Notes under the pieces: model-generated
Seen by the model: the letters and a program-made list of their open reading frames with translations, nothing else
Told to the model about the DNA's origin: nothing
The model's database searches: none
Origin: Schizochytrium sp. TIO01
Lineage: Eukaryota > Protista > Bigyra: Labyrinthulomycetes
Direction: 5' to 3'
Assembly: GCA_004764695.1 (NCBI GenBank)
Contig: SMSO01000032.1
Span: 2,108,001-2,172,000, forward strand
Length of the DNA: 64,000 nucleotides
In this document: positions 23,294 through 36,500 of the stretch, in pieces
Position numbering within the stretch: the stretch's first letter is position 1
Layout of the letters: each line of letters begins with the position of its first letter
Made by a program: the position numbers and the translations under genes

Positions 23294-26200
23294 TCAATCG
23301 ATCGATCTCTTTCAAGAGTGAGATCCTCAGAGACCGTGCTCCCCGGCACTGTGGACACCCACTGCCAAGCCGGCCTCCACCTAGGAAGAACTATAGCCGT
23401 GGCTAACACAAAGCAAAGCTTGCGAGAGCCTCCCTGGGTCTTTTGCTTGCGCATCGCTCGCTAGCGGCGCCTAGGCGGTACTGGTAGCAGTACCATAGCC
23501 ACGGTCAGTATTATGTATGCGTGCCTTCGAAGGCAAGAAGAATGAATGAGGTCGCGTCTTCGCAGCAGGGCTTGTGAGGCTTGGGAGAAGATAGTACGCA
23601 TAAAGGCTTCCCGGTTTCTGTGCTCGGGTCGCTGCGTTTCTTTGAGTTGCGGACGCGAGAACGACGCCCGAATGGGTTTCTTTCGTCCATCGATGAAGCG
23701 AGTTCTTTTATTTGTTGCACTTCAAATTAATGTATTTTAAAACAGTTTTGTAGTGGTCACTAAAAATTCAATTGAATAAAAAACAATTTTTTCAGATTAT
23801 TTCTGTACAGATTATTTCTTTGAGGTTGAAAGGTTAAAGGAAGTTGAAGCGAGCAGTAAGACATGAAGAAGACACAGCCCCACTTTCAACTTCTGCGTGC
23901 AATTCGAGAGCGACTTGAAGCTGCTTGTAATGAATGGGCGAGACATCGCAGACCTTCGAAAATCAGGCCAAAGAAGAGGGTTCGAGGGGCGCCTCACTAG
24001 CTCTCCTGAGCTCCAGCTCATGCCCAGCAAGGAAGGGCACCAGGACTCAGTGGCGGCCTGCTTAGGCAGAGGATGCGGGCCGCCTCGCTTAAAAGTTCCT
24101 CTCTGCCGGGGAGAGTCGCCTGGCCCCATAGTATACTCGTAGAAACCGTCTGCAGCAAAAATATTAAAAGCCCTCTGGCTACGAGCTCTTTATCTTACTG
24201 CGAGTGGTAGAAATCAAATAGGGATTCATCTACTTGGTCCCGGTACCACTCTATTTACTGTTTACATTTTAACGTGAAAACGAAATTGAACAATTTCTAT
24301 TTATCTATTTAGTGCAAATGATGAGCAGAGTAATAATAGGAGGGAGTTTTAGATTAAATGTAGATACCTCGTACCTGGCTGCGTTTTAAAGTTTAGCATA
24401 TAGGTAGGTAGGTGTCTTCCATAGCTCCAGGTGTATGGTTACAAGTAGGAAAGAGAAGAAAAGAAGAAGAAACCCTCGTCGTAAGGAAAGAAGAAAAGTG
24501 AACGAGAATTACACTGTGGCTTGAAAGAAAACGCACAATTTGTGATGCACGAGTCACAATTCCCGATTCATGCTGATGCTGATGCCGATGCCGATGCCGA
24601 TGCCGAAGAATCAGTGGAGATAATGCTGCTGCTGCTGCTGCTGATGATGATGATGGAAAACAGCTAGCAAAAGCTGTTGTGATAACTTGCAGCAACACAA
24701 TGGGTATACTTGAAGGTGTCGAAGCAATCTAAGTCAATCTCTACCTGCACCTGAACCATCATTAGCTTAAGCCTTGGGCTTTGTTGAATATTGTGCAAGT
24801 GGGTTCACGGATATTGGCTGACTGGCTGGCTGAGCGATGTTGAATGAGACGATTGAAGAATGCAGCACCTAAGCACCCATCATGGCATTCAACGTTGATG
24901 TTTTCAACAATGCTGCGCGGTACGTCGGAGGTGTTTATTTCTACACTGTTATTCCTTTGACGAAGTTTTGTGCGTGCTCCGCAACACTCACTCTTTCACG
25001 CGGTTGTAGGTACCCGAAGGAAAGGACAGACGTACAATTGGCATCATCTTAGGGAGGTAAGTACCACAGAATGAATGAGCGAGAAAGCAATGACAACGTC
25101 GTGAAGATCGCGCATACATCATAACGCCTTGATGCCGTTTATGCTCAGCTGAGGCTTGGCGTTGCACATCGTGATGGTGGCAGGTAGCTAGGTCGGTACC
25201 AGCTTGGCGGTGTTGGCTGAGTGCTTGATATTGGAGTCCAGTTCGGGTAGAGATTTCCCAAAGGGAGAGAACACAATCAATCCTCAGGGTGTCTTGAAAG
25301 GGCCCAGAATTTGGCTGGGTCTTGGAGATGAAGCATGACGGCGGTGGCAGGCAGGTTGCGAAGGGCCCAAGAGGCAAGTAGCGAGAAGCACTGCCCCGCC
25401 CTGCACTTACAGCTGTCGGTTCATAGCGGCGAGTGGAGTTTCCACAAGTTTGCAAAATTTCAGGAGAAGCCATTGAGGTAGATGAACCTGAAGCGCTTTC
25501 AAGAAGACCTCCGCAACGCCTCCGCACTTTACGAAAGCGAAAGCCGCGCAATCATTAGCCCCGACACCGGTACCGACACCAGCTGCTCGGAGGGCCTGAG
25601 GCAGCATACGCCATGAGCTTATCTTGCTTGTCTAGTCTCGACTCTTCGCTTCTTGCTGCGCGAAGACGAAGAGAGAAGCAGAAGGGAAGGAGAGAAGATA
25701 TTCTATTGTGAGTCTATCGTCTTCTACAAGAATATAAGAACTTGAGCGATTTGAAATCCTCCTCGATCGCTTCCTAGGCGTACTGCTAAGCCTTATCTAG
25801 TCGAGCTTTTCGATGCGCTGTTAATTTTAGGTTTAGTCTTTTTCTTTTTCTTTTATTATTATCTTGATTTAAAGTTTTATAAATTAAAATGAAATGAAAT
25901 AAAATATCTTTGCTGTTGTGTCAAAGATATGTTGGCCCTTACACCCCTCCTCTCCACCTAGCATGGCGTTTACTGCCGCTCTTCTGCATGCTTTGGGCGC
26001 GAAGTCCTCAAGAAAGCCATCGAAATACGATCAGGTACCTAACCTAACCTAAACCAAAATTGAGAAAAACACACAAAACACCCCCCAAAACCGAAAACTT
26101 ACTTAGTATTTTACATTTTTTTTAAATTAAAAAAAATAAAAATGCTCTAGAGGTAATTAAACTAAAATAACTAATGAATTTAGATTAGGCGGCAATACCA

Positions 26201-26380
26201 ATGAGAGGGTCACTAGTGCCTCTGATAGGACCATCCTTAGGGTTGCTATGATACGATTGATGAGATGGGAAGAGAATGAGAATTGCGATCTTATTTGACT
26301 ATGACATTTGATAAGATAGTAAGTGCCTAATATGCAGTCAGTGAAATGAGATATGATAACCAACTATGACAGGCTTAGGC

Positions 26381-26559
26381 AGATAGATAGATAGATAGAC
26401 AGATAGATAGATAGATAGACAGACAGATAGACAGATAGATAGACAGATAGATATACAGATAGAGAGATAGAGAGATTATCATAGACATACAGATAGATAG
26501 ACATATAAATAGAGAGATAGAGAGATAGAGAGATAGAGAGATGAATAATAAATAGATAG
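26381..26559. repeat. Degenerate (AGAT/AGAC)n microsatellite
   Basis: Visible tetranucleotide array. Confidence 0.95.
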
Positions 26560-26576
26560 TGGACAATGATAAAATG

Positions 26577-27563
26577 CGAGCGGAGAAAAGAGAGGGAAAA
26601 GAAAGAAAGAAGAAGCAGCATAGATAGATCGATCTGCCGAGCCCCACCAAGCCGCAGCAGCGCTTGGGCGGCGAGCGCAGCACGGGTAGTTTGGGGGAGG
26701 TTGAGGAGACTGGAGCGAGGGCCTAGGTGGTACGGGCTGTCGTGTGGACCGCAGAGGCGTGGAGGTGGGCGCAACCTGGGGCGCGCACCGCCTGCATTAG
26801 GTCATTCATTCATTCGCTCACTCGTCGATCGAGACCTTGTTTGAGAGGTCTCTTTGTTCTCCTTTCTCTTTCTGCGTTGTTCTCTCTTGTTTGTTTGATT
26901 GATTGATTGATTGTTTGTTTGTTTGATTGAGTGATTGAGTGATTGATTGATTGAGTGATTGACTGTGTTATTTCATTCATTCTTTGTTGTTCCTTCTTTT
27001 CATCGTCAAATTCGATTGATTCACTCATTCTTCGTCGGTCCAATCGCTCAGTGCCAGTCCGTGCAAGGTGGTTTACTGTGACACCTTATTTGGTGCACAG
27101 GGAAGTCTCGATTCGACAGGACGTGTAGCTGCTTGCTTGCTGTGTTGATACTTTGAGGTTGGCTTCTCGATTGGCACGGACGGTGACTCTCGTGCCGCTC
27201 CCGAGACTTGGAACGAGCGAGCGAGGGAGCGAAGCTTGGCTTTGAAAAGCTTCATTGACGGCAAAGCTACGCATACCGGTAAACGTTAATTGTGGCCAAG
27301 TGGAACTTGTCGAAGGAGAAAATCTTGATTGACGAAGGAGTTGCAGGATATTGCTCTGATACGGATACGCCTGTAGCGAACTTCGTATCCTGACTAGTGA
27401 GGGTTGCTTACTTGGTCTGGACTCTGTAGATTGGTCTGCAAGAAGAAGTTCCGGGATTCTCATAAAACGTACTGAGGTTTCCGCTGCTATTAATCTTTGT
27501 TGCGGGTTCAGGCGTGCCGCGGGGCAACGTTAAGAGCTGTAAAGCTCGCCACGGCATGTGCTG
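26577..27563 (+). promoter_or_regulatory. Putative long ATG-free 5' leader of the USP gene, ending in micro-uORF ATG TGC TGA (27556-27564)
   Basis: No plus-strand ATG between 26574 and 27556. The uORF stop overlaps the main ATG at 27564 (TGATG). Confidence 0.55.
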
Positions 27564-30500
27564 ATGGCGGAGTGGAATTGCTCAGCGTGCACATTTCTTA
27601 ACCCCGGAACTCGCAACCAATGCGAAATATGTTGCACCGCAAAACCTGGAGCGACAATTCAAACACGTAGTGAACGCGAGACTTTGTGGAACCAACAGGC
27701 AGTTGCATTACCTTCACGGTTCGTACAGGAAGATGGACAACCAAAACCAGCACAGTATATGCCACGGCAGCACCGCCCCTCTGGGGACTTTGGAGCCCAA
27801 CAACAGATTGGTGATGCTAAACCATGGTTGAGCGAGGCAGCTCGTCGCCAAGGGCAAGCTTCGGCAGTGAACTCCTCTGCACCCGATAGATCCCCAGCTG
27901 TGGCATCCAAGGAACAAATGGACTCGTGGGAGTTTCAGACACCATGGACTAGCATACTTGCGGAACTCGATGCAGAAATTGAGGCCCGTAAGCGCCCAGA
28001 CTGGTTTAAGCTTAACTTTTGTCTCTCCAAGCTTGCCAAGTATCTTAGAAGCTCTGGAGAACAGGTCGCCAACGATGAAGGAGGCTCGACAAAGGAAGAA
28101 AAAAGCGATTGCGATGTAGCAGTTACAAACTTCATGACGAATCGTTTTGACCGAAGTATCGCCATTTTTCTTGATACTGCTGACTCAGACTTTAGCATGG
28201 CTCGAGCCTGGGCAGAACTCCAGCAGGCCTGGAGGAAGGCTGACGATGCTCTGATCGCTGATAATGTTTCTGGCACTGTAGAGCCCAAGGCCCAGGAAAA
28301 GGAAATCGAAGGTTCCACCTCTGTAAACATAAATAATAGGGATAATAGTACTACTAGCACAGCTGTTCTCGAATCAGGAATAGGAGAGAATGCGTCACCG
28401 TCTAGCGGGGTAGAGGACGGTCCCATTGCTCAACGCATGAAGAGAAGTTTTGACATGGGCATTCGTGCAGCTCTGGACATTCTGTTTGATCAGCTTCGCA
28501 AAGAGGACTATTCCAAAATTAGCTTGCTTGGAACATTGCTGGATCCCAAAACGCGAAGATACCATCATCTGTCTTATATGAATCCAGCCTCCAAAGGTGG
28601 GTCTTCCTTCTCGTCAACGAAAACAAATGTAGGCGCTCCTCACTTGCATGATCTTGCAATACGTGAGAGCGTGTCACGTGGCGGATTTAAAGTATTGCTC
28701 GAGTGTGCAGAGCGGAAGGCTTCGGCCAACAGTGAAACTTTTCTTTCCCTATGCCAAATTCTCGCTAAAAATGCCAAAGCGTTTGCAAGCGAACCGCTTG
28801 GGAAAGAAGGTCTCATCGAGTTTCTCTCAAATATGTGCAACGCTCAGCTAGACTGGACTCTGAACAGCTTACTCGATAGCAATGGCCGTTATCAAAGGTT
28901 CATGGATAGTCTGTCTCAAATTGCCGAGGCTTGCGGTAATTCTGAGTCTTTGAAGGTGACTCGCACAGCACTCTCTCAGTATATGCGGTTTGTGCAGTCT
29001 GACAAACTCCGCTTTCGCCGCTTTGGCATCGAGCAACTTGGAAAACTGAGCTCTGCTCTTGTCTCTGGACAAAAAATGACTGTGGATGAACTCACGGTAC
29101 TGTATAAATCTTTTGGTGTATATGAGGAAGTGTTTGGAGATCGCATGGATGAACGTGTCGTGTCTTGTAGCGAGGCTTTACTCAAAAATTCCGCGTTGGA
29201 CGTAGAAATTCTTGATCTGCTGCTCGCGAATACAAATTCACGCGCCGTACGGAAAATGCTCACAACTATTGTATTACAGCCTACATTCACAGACGAGCTA
29301 GCACAACATATGCTGGTTGAAGCAAGCCGTGCTGTGATTTACCTTGCTGACTATGGATCCTACAAGCTCATTGTAGCCGCGCTTGCCAGCGAGCCCCAAG
29401 TTCGCGAAGGCATTATTCAAAAGGGCCCTCTTGCCATGGAAGCAAGTCTTGGTGCACTCTGGACGCTTTTATTTTGCAGCTCAGTACAAGCTCCTGCACA
29501 CCTCATTTCCTCAGCAACACCGCCTCGAATGGACTCTCCTGCTCGTGAACGTGATAATAATTTAGCCCGAAAACGTCCTCTACCTCGAGCTGGAGCATTT
29601 GTGAATCAGGCTCTTCAACACGGACACACGCCTCCCTTGCCTCCGCAACAACAGCACCAGCATCATCATCAACAACAACAAATGCCTTTTGTCGACAATT
29701 CACATGGTCTAGGTCAACCTACTATTGAACGACCTCGTCCTGAACAGGAAACCGACCCAACCGCGCATACAATCTTGGGAGTTTTAGGCTTAAGTGTTGA
29801 TCGTATGGAGGAACTCATGCTTGCTTTTGCACGTGTAGCAAAAGATTGTAACTCACCCCTCAAGCTACGGTTTGCTGAACGGGCACTGGAGCTGGTTAAG
29901 CGAACTCATCTCGCCAATGTTAATGCAAGTGCGGGTTCTTGCTGATACTGAAGCCCAGGACTCTATGTCTATGGGATTTTTCGCTGCAGATGACGACGAC
30001 GAGGCCCTCGCCCCTGTGAGCACTGAAGTTTGTGCGATGCGCCCTGAAGAAACACTTGTTGAGGCCGACGGTCTTCGTGTTACAACCACAGCCCCGGACA
30101 CTGTGGTTGTGGCATACAAAGTCTTCCGCTCATTGATTCTTTCTTGTACTCCCGCCGACCGGCCTAGCATGATTTCAGAGCTTGATCAAGCTTGGGATTT
30201 GAAGAGTCTTCTTTTGAGCGAGTTTGACGCCTTTCTTCGTTTGAGCCCAGTGAGAGCTCGTTTGGATAAAATTGAGGCTTCCATTGAAACGCAAGCAGCT
30301 AACGCAGCGAGCCTAGCTGTGACTTCCGCAGCTGCGGCAGCGGCTTTTGAAGGAAGCATTGCTCAACTTACTTCCGAAGAATCTCGATGCGCAGATGAGC
30401 TTCAGCAACACGAAAAGGCAAGATTACAAACTTTGTCTGCCTTGGTGAAGAACTCGGACCAACGACTTACTCTCACCGTAGACGACATGGATCGTTTGTG

Positions 30501-33500
30501 GACATCGTGCTGCATGCCCTGTTATGATGCAAATCTTGGAAACTACACAACTCAAGAGACCTTCATGCTTTGGCTTCGGGTCACCTGCTTTGATGCGAAG
30601 TACACTTGCGTAGAACCAGAAGTTTGCAAGTACGTACTTTGCGAGCTCTTTCAGAACCGCCTTGACCTCGTGCGTGTTGGCCCCAAAACCTACCATTGTT
30701 TGCAGGCTTACTTTGTATTTGTCAACGTCAGTGATAAGCTCTTAGAGGCCATGGATAATGAAGCTGTCGCAGAAGAATTTAAGTTTAAGACAAGGCCGCC
30801 CCCCAAGGGCCTCGAGGGCCCCAACCTTGTTAATCGTAGAATATCAGTTCTTTTGAAGACAGGCAATATGGCGCCAGGCAAAATCACCAAGCACGTATCC
30901 TGGTCTAATTTGCACAAGATCGAATATGTAAATGGGTTTAGTGAAGAAAAGGATCTCGCGCGGCTGGACTGCTGGCACCTTTTACCTCCCCTTGAACGTG
31001 CTATGGCAGGTCATGTTGTATTCAAAGAAGTGAATGTCTTAGATCTTGCTGGACGAGAAACGGTGTGGACTGTTGCCTTGCACAGTGAACTTCCTGTAGT
31101 TGCCGTCCAAGCTTTTAATCTTTTACTTGGGCTATACGAGCGTGTGCGTTTATCAATGTTGGAAGATGGAGATTCATCAGACATCCCCGAAGTGGACCTA
31201 TTTGTGGAGCACATCTTCGATGAGCTTGAGAGTTTTTTAGGCTCCTCGAATCGGCTAGACTCTCATTCAGGCGGTCACGCAAGTACAACTTCATCCCCCT
31301 CTTCTCTTCACCAAGTGCCGGGTTTGATGGGTTCTAACATGCACAACATGGGCTCTGGTAGTGCCGGTGGCACAGGGTCTGGATCTGGAAATAGTGGTAG
31401 TGAGAGTCAGTTTGGAATGGATATGTCTGACTATATGGATGCTGGCTTCTTGTCTCGGTGTATCCACTTCCTTCATCTTTATGTAAAACAATTGGAAAAA
31501 CAGTTGAACATGGATGAAAACTCCCCCAGAAAACTTGCTGGACTCGGTGCAGGTGATCCTATTCTTTTGCATTTAGAAACGGAATCTGAATCTCTGCAGA
31601 AACAATTTTCTACTGATGGCTTTAAGACACACTCAAGAGCGAGTGTTCACGATGTCATCTTTGATTTGGCAGCTGTTGCAAAGTGCAAACCTGGAGAAGT
31701 TACCCTACGGGTACCACATGACCCTTTGGCTCAATTGTCTTCTGCCCCTCATGATGTCACAATGACCACTGCTTCGTGCGGAAATCTGATTCTTGAAGAG
31801 CTTGGCTTAACAGGTATTGCACCAGTACGGGTTATCGTAGAAACCCCACTCCCTCCTGTAGCCAAACCTGTAACCAAGCCAGCGACCAGTACTGCGTCAG
31901 ATGGCTTTGATGTTGTTCAGTACAACCCTGCTATGATCCGAGGAAGGCTTGTCTCTAAGCACTCTTCCAATGCTATAGACAAGGAGCAGGATGGAACAGC
32001 CAATTCTCCTGGAAATACTGACTCTGATGATAAAAAGGAGGAACCACCTTCTGAGGCTGGAGACACGAGTGAGGTAACTCCTCTCTCATATAGAAGTCAG
32101 CGCTATTTCGGCTTTCGCGATTTATGTATTAGTAAATTCGCGAGTACACCAGGAGGCTTGGTCAGCTGCCAATCTGAAAGAGTTGAAATGCTACTCAAAT
32201 TACTGGACTCTTGCGATAGAGAGGATCGCTTTGAGGTTGCAGAGCTCATAATGAATGTTCCACCTTTTCTTCGAGGACTGGAACATTTACTCGTTGGCCA
32301 ATCCGCCTCTGCAGCTTCTAAATGTGCCAAGTTGCTGCAAACTTTTCAGGAAACTGACATATGGCGTGTTGTATACATACTCAAGCTGTTGGGGGATCTC
32401 GTTCTTTTTCCGGGGACTGAATCTCGCTCTTCTGAACACCAGGCGATTAACTCAAGCTCAGAGGAGCCTTGCAGGTTAGCCGTAGGTGGGCTTGAACTTG
32501 GTCGCTTACTGACTGCTCCTGAGTTTTTTTCATATCCAGATGCGTTACCAAGTGTGCTACGCCTATTCCTCATGCTCATACGCCAATGTGGAGTACCCGG
32601 CATGAGCAAACGTGGGACCAAGGGTTCAAGTACGTCTAATCCGTTGTCTGTAGATTCTCGATTTCGCCCTTCGTCTATGCTGGCGAACAATACGGTAGAT
32701 ACTGCTTTCGCAATATCGGGAAGTTCTGACCCTAGTGCTCTATTCTTGGCTCTTCCGATGCTAGCTCGTACTATTCACCTTTGCGTGGAAGCTTTCGTTG
32801 AGTCTGGTGAAGCTCTTACAAAGCTTGATCTTGTCGATGAAACTGCCGAGGGGATCCTGCGCGTGATTCTCGTAACCCGGGATGAGCTGGAGAAACGCAA
32901 AACTTGCACTAGTATGCATTCTTGCAATTGTTTTGGGGATTTTCTAGGTGTCCCTCTTGACACACCTGATATGACCGGTGACGCCTTCGCAGACGCCGAG
33001 AGCACACGCATGCGCTCAACAGAGCCTCCCGCGCTAGACCAGAACCTGCTGGGTCTTCGTGCTCCTGTTTGTGCGGTCTGTTTGAACACACGTCGACTTG
33101 CCAAAGCAAGTATGCATCTTCTTTCTGCGTTGGAAGTTATTGTGAGTAATATCGAACCGATTGCAAAAAGGATTCTTTCCCGCGGGTCGACTTGTGCAAC
33201 GATTGTTCGTCAATTGGTGCTAAACTGTTCGGTTTCTGAAATGCGACGTGAGGTGTGTAACATGCTTAAGCGCTTTTCAACACAACTTCCGCAACATCGC
33301 GTGAACCTTGGTCAAGCTATCCGCGATGCCGAGCGTGAGCTCGAGTCTCAACGGCATTCTCTGTCATGTGATGACTTCTTTTCTCTCTTTCAAACCTTTG
33401 TTCCTGATACATCTGGGGGTGGCGAAGTCACTGCAGAAGATCATGAGCTTGTGCACCGTATGGTAGCGCTGGTACTAGAGTGGCCAGATCGACCCACTGT

Positions 33501-36500
33501 AGAGGCTGCAGGAACTGAAGAAGCTGAGATCAATTTATTTGTTGGTTTTGTTCAGGCTCTAGCTCGTATTCTTGAAACCCACACTACTTTATGCCAACAA
33601 GCTGCTCGTACTCGACTTAGTCGTGCCAAATATGGTGATGACAACTTGGTACGTGTGTTGTGGAACCGTTTTATGGTTGGGGAGTCTGGGTCGCGCCCGG
33701 TCTGTGAAACTGTCACCTCGAGAAAAGCCTTAACTTCACTGTTGTGCACGCTTGCTGGGGATGATCTTCTTCAAGCTAGCGAGGTTGCCAGTCTGATTGA
33801 GCAATTCTCAAGTACAACGCCTACGCCTTTGTGCGAGGCACGCCGCGGACGTAATCTCGTCCCGGACTGGGAATTCGAGCCCTTGCCTCTTGGCGCATAC
33901 TCAAGCGAGTTTCGTGGACGCAATGATACAGGTCATGTTGGGTTGCGAAACCGGGGCTCAACTTGCTACATTAACTCTCTTTTGCAACTTTTGTTCCATG
34001 TACCACGTTTTCGACGATCGATTCTCAGCGCCCCAGTCACCCCCCCTCAATCACTTGTATCTGGTACCCAGACTGGTTCTGGAAGCGATTCAGGTAGTGT
34101 TGGAAATAGCAGTGGAGGCGGTCGCAGTAAAACATCCGAGTCAGATGAAACTAAAATTGTTGTAGGATGGCTTTGTCGGTGCAGTGGTATCAACGATTTG
34201 AATGCGACGAATTGTCACATTTGCAATTCTGCGAAAGCTGCAGATGCTGAAATGGTTACTGAATCATTTCGTCCTCCACCAAATGGTGCTGCTGGAAATG
34301 CAGAAAATAGTAATGGTGAGTCATACAACCTAGAGGTATTGCGCCAGCTCCAACGTACATTTCGTTTCCTACAAGATTGTAATAAGGGTTGTTTTGATCC
34401 AATCAACTTTGTCGAAGCTTGTGCAGCTCTCAAATTACAGTTCCCTGTTACTTCCCAGAATGACACAAGTGAGTTCTATGATAAACTTCTCGATAACCTG
34501 GAGGCTTCCTTGCAGGGGACGCCATTTTTGGAAGAGATGAACGATTGCTTTTTGGGCCAGCAGACAAAATTAAAGCGTTGCCATACATGTGGTCGGGTTA
34601 GTACAAGTCGTGAGGAGTCATTTTACCGTCTGGAATTGATGACGAAAGATAACTCAGTTGAGAAAAATACCCTCCAGGAGTGCTTGGATAGTTTCGTAGC
34701 CCCTGAAGTAATGACAGGTGATAATAAGGTGGACTGTGAACAATGTCAGGCACGAATGCCGTGTACGTTCGTTTCGTGTATGACAAATCTGCCTGACTAT
34801 TTGTTTATCCACCCCAAGCGGTTCACGTTTGATCTGTATACGATGCAAACTGTGAAGCTTAACCATCGCATCACCTTTCCAACACACTTAGATATGTTCC
34901 CGTACACGCGAGATGGTCGTGCGGTGGAGGCTGAGCGCCAAGCCCGTCTCATGTCATCATCTGGGGGATCTTCTAGTAAGCTTCCAGGCGGCGGCGCAGC
35001 CGGAGGAGATTCCACAGCAAGCAGCCGCTTTGAAGCGAACTCCTTCTGGACTGATGGACCAATGTCGGAAGGCGAGATCGAGGACGCACGCATGAAGTGC
35101 CAATATGTACTCTCAGGAGTCCTAGTGCACCGTGGAAGAGCTGGCGGCGGTCATTATTATTCCTTCAAACATGTGTCCCCGGAAAGTATTGCCGAACGCA
35201 TTGACGAGGGCCATGTAGCAGGTGCCTCACTTTTCAACCACCCCAAGCAAGGTTGGTTTCGATTTGACGATAATAAGGTAATGCCTTTTGACCCGTCAAG
35301 TTCACATTCAGGGTTGGATCCAGAATGTTTCGGAGGAAGCATTGAACGTACTAGTACGACCAACTGGGGTACAGTGCGTACGGAAAAGGTTGAGCGTGAG
35401 TGGAGCGCATTTATGCTTCTATATGAACGCGTGGAAGAAACATTTGAGAAGCCTGTTGGCATGGCAAGCAATCCTGGAAGTGACTTACCATTTTCTCCCA
35501 TGCTTCGTCGAAGCTCTATGCTTTCCTCTACGCCTCACTCTCCAGTTCTTTCAAGTCTTTTATCTGCATCGCGGACTTCACGTCGTCGTGTGATTCGTCG
35601 AATCAAGCGTCACAAAAGCTCAGAGGCAGACCGTAATAAACGATTCCCCTTGGGAGATTTAGTGTCACCTCAAACCGCCGGGGCGGCCGCTGGTGGCGGA
35701 AGTGTAAGGACGTTTCGCGTAGCTCGGAGCAGTGGTCGTATAGGATCTTCCGGTAAATCACAAGTCATCCCCCAGTCTTTGAAAGAGAGCACTCTAAGTG
35801 GGTTAATTGTACAACATCGAGATTGGGTTTCACGCCGTTTTAATGCTTTGCTAAACGAAGAAGTACGAATGAGTAACCAGGCCTATGCTCGACAGGCAGT
35901 TTTGTTTGACCATTTGGTGTTGGCTATGGCTCTTCGGCAACTGCAGATTGCGCAGGATTCTTCTATCCAAGAACCCGATCTGAGCATGGCGGGCCGCCAT
36001 TTTGATTCTAGCGCTGATGTACTTGCAGCAAGTTTGGAAGAAGAAGCAGAGGATCATGGCAGTGACGATATTGCCGACGCTTACAATGTGCGCGAGTCCA
36101 TCAGTGAGAGCTGCTTGCGCGTGTTTCAGCATGTTGCTCTGCGAACAAAACACGCCTCTGAGGCTGATCTTGAGCAATGGGTTTTAGCTCTGGTGCGCAG
36201 TATCAAGGAACACCCTCGGCTCGCAGCTTTGGTCATTCGTGAGCTAGCAGATGAGCAGGCTGTCTACCTTGACGATTCCATGACACGAACAATGGTCAAG
36301 GACATGGAGGATGCGATCAATCAGCTTTCTCGACTGCAACAGTATTCTGGCGCCCTCCAGCAAGTAGGGTACCCATTGCTTGCGATGCGGGGCGTGCGAG
36401 CGCAGCTTTTGGATTGTGCGCATCGCCCTTCATTCCTGGCAACACTATCTTTAATCAAGACTTCTCTCGAAGTCATATTTGATCAAGGTGCTAATGAAGA

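Noticed and set aside
29872-29989. Programmed +1 frameshift between the two overlapping USP ORFs (TCT TGC TGA)
   Set aside because: A 61-nt GT-AG intron (29929-29989) with a pyrimidine-rich acceptor restores the frame exactly and matches the size of another intron in the window. No known shift site is present.
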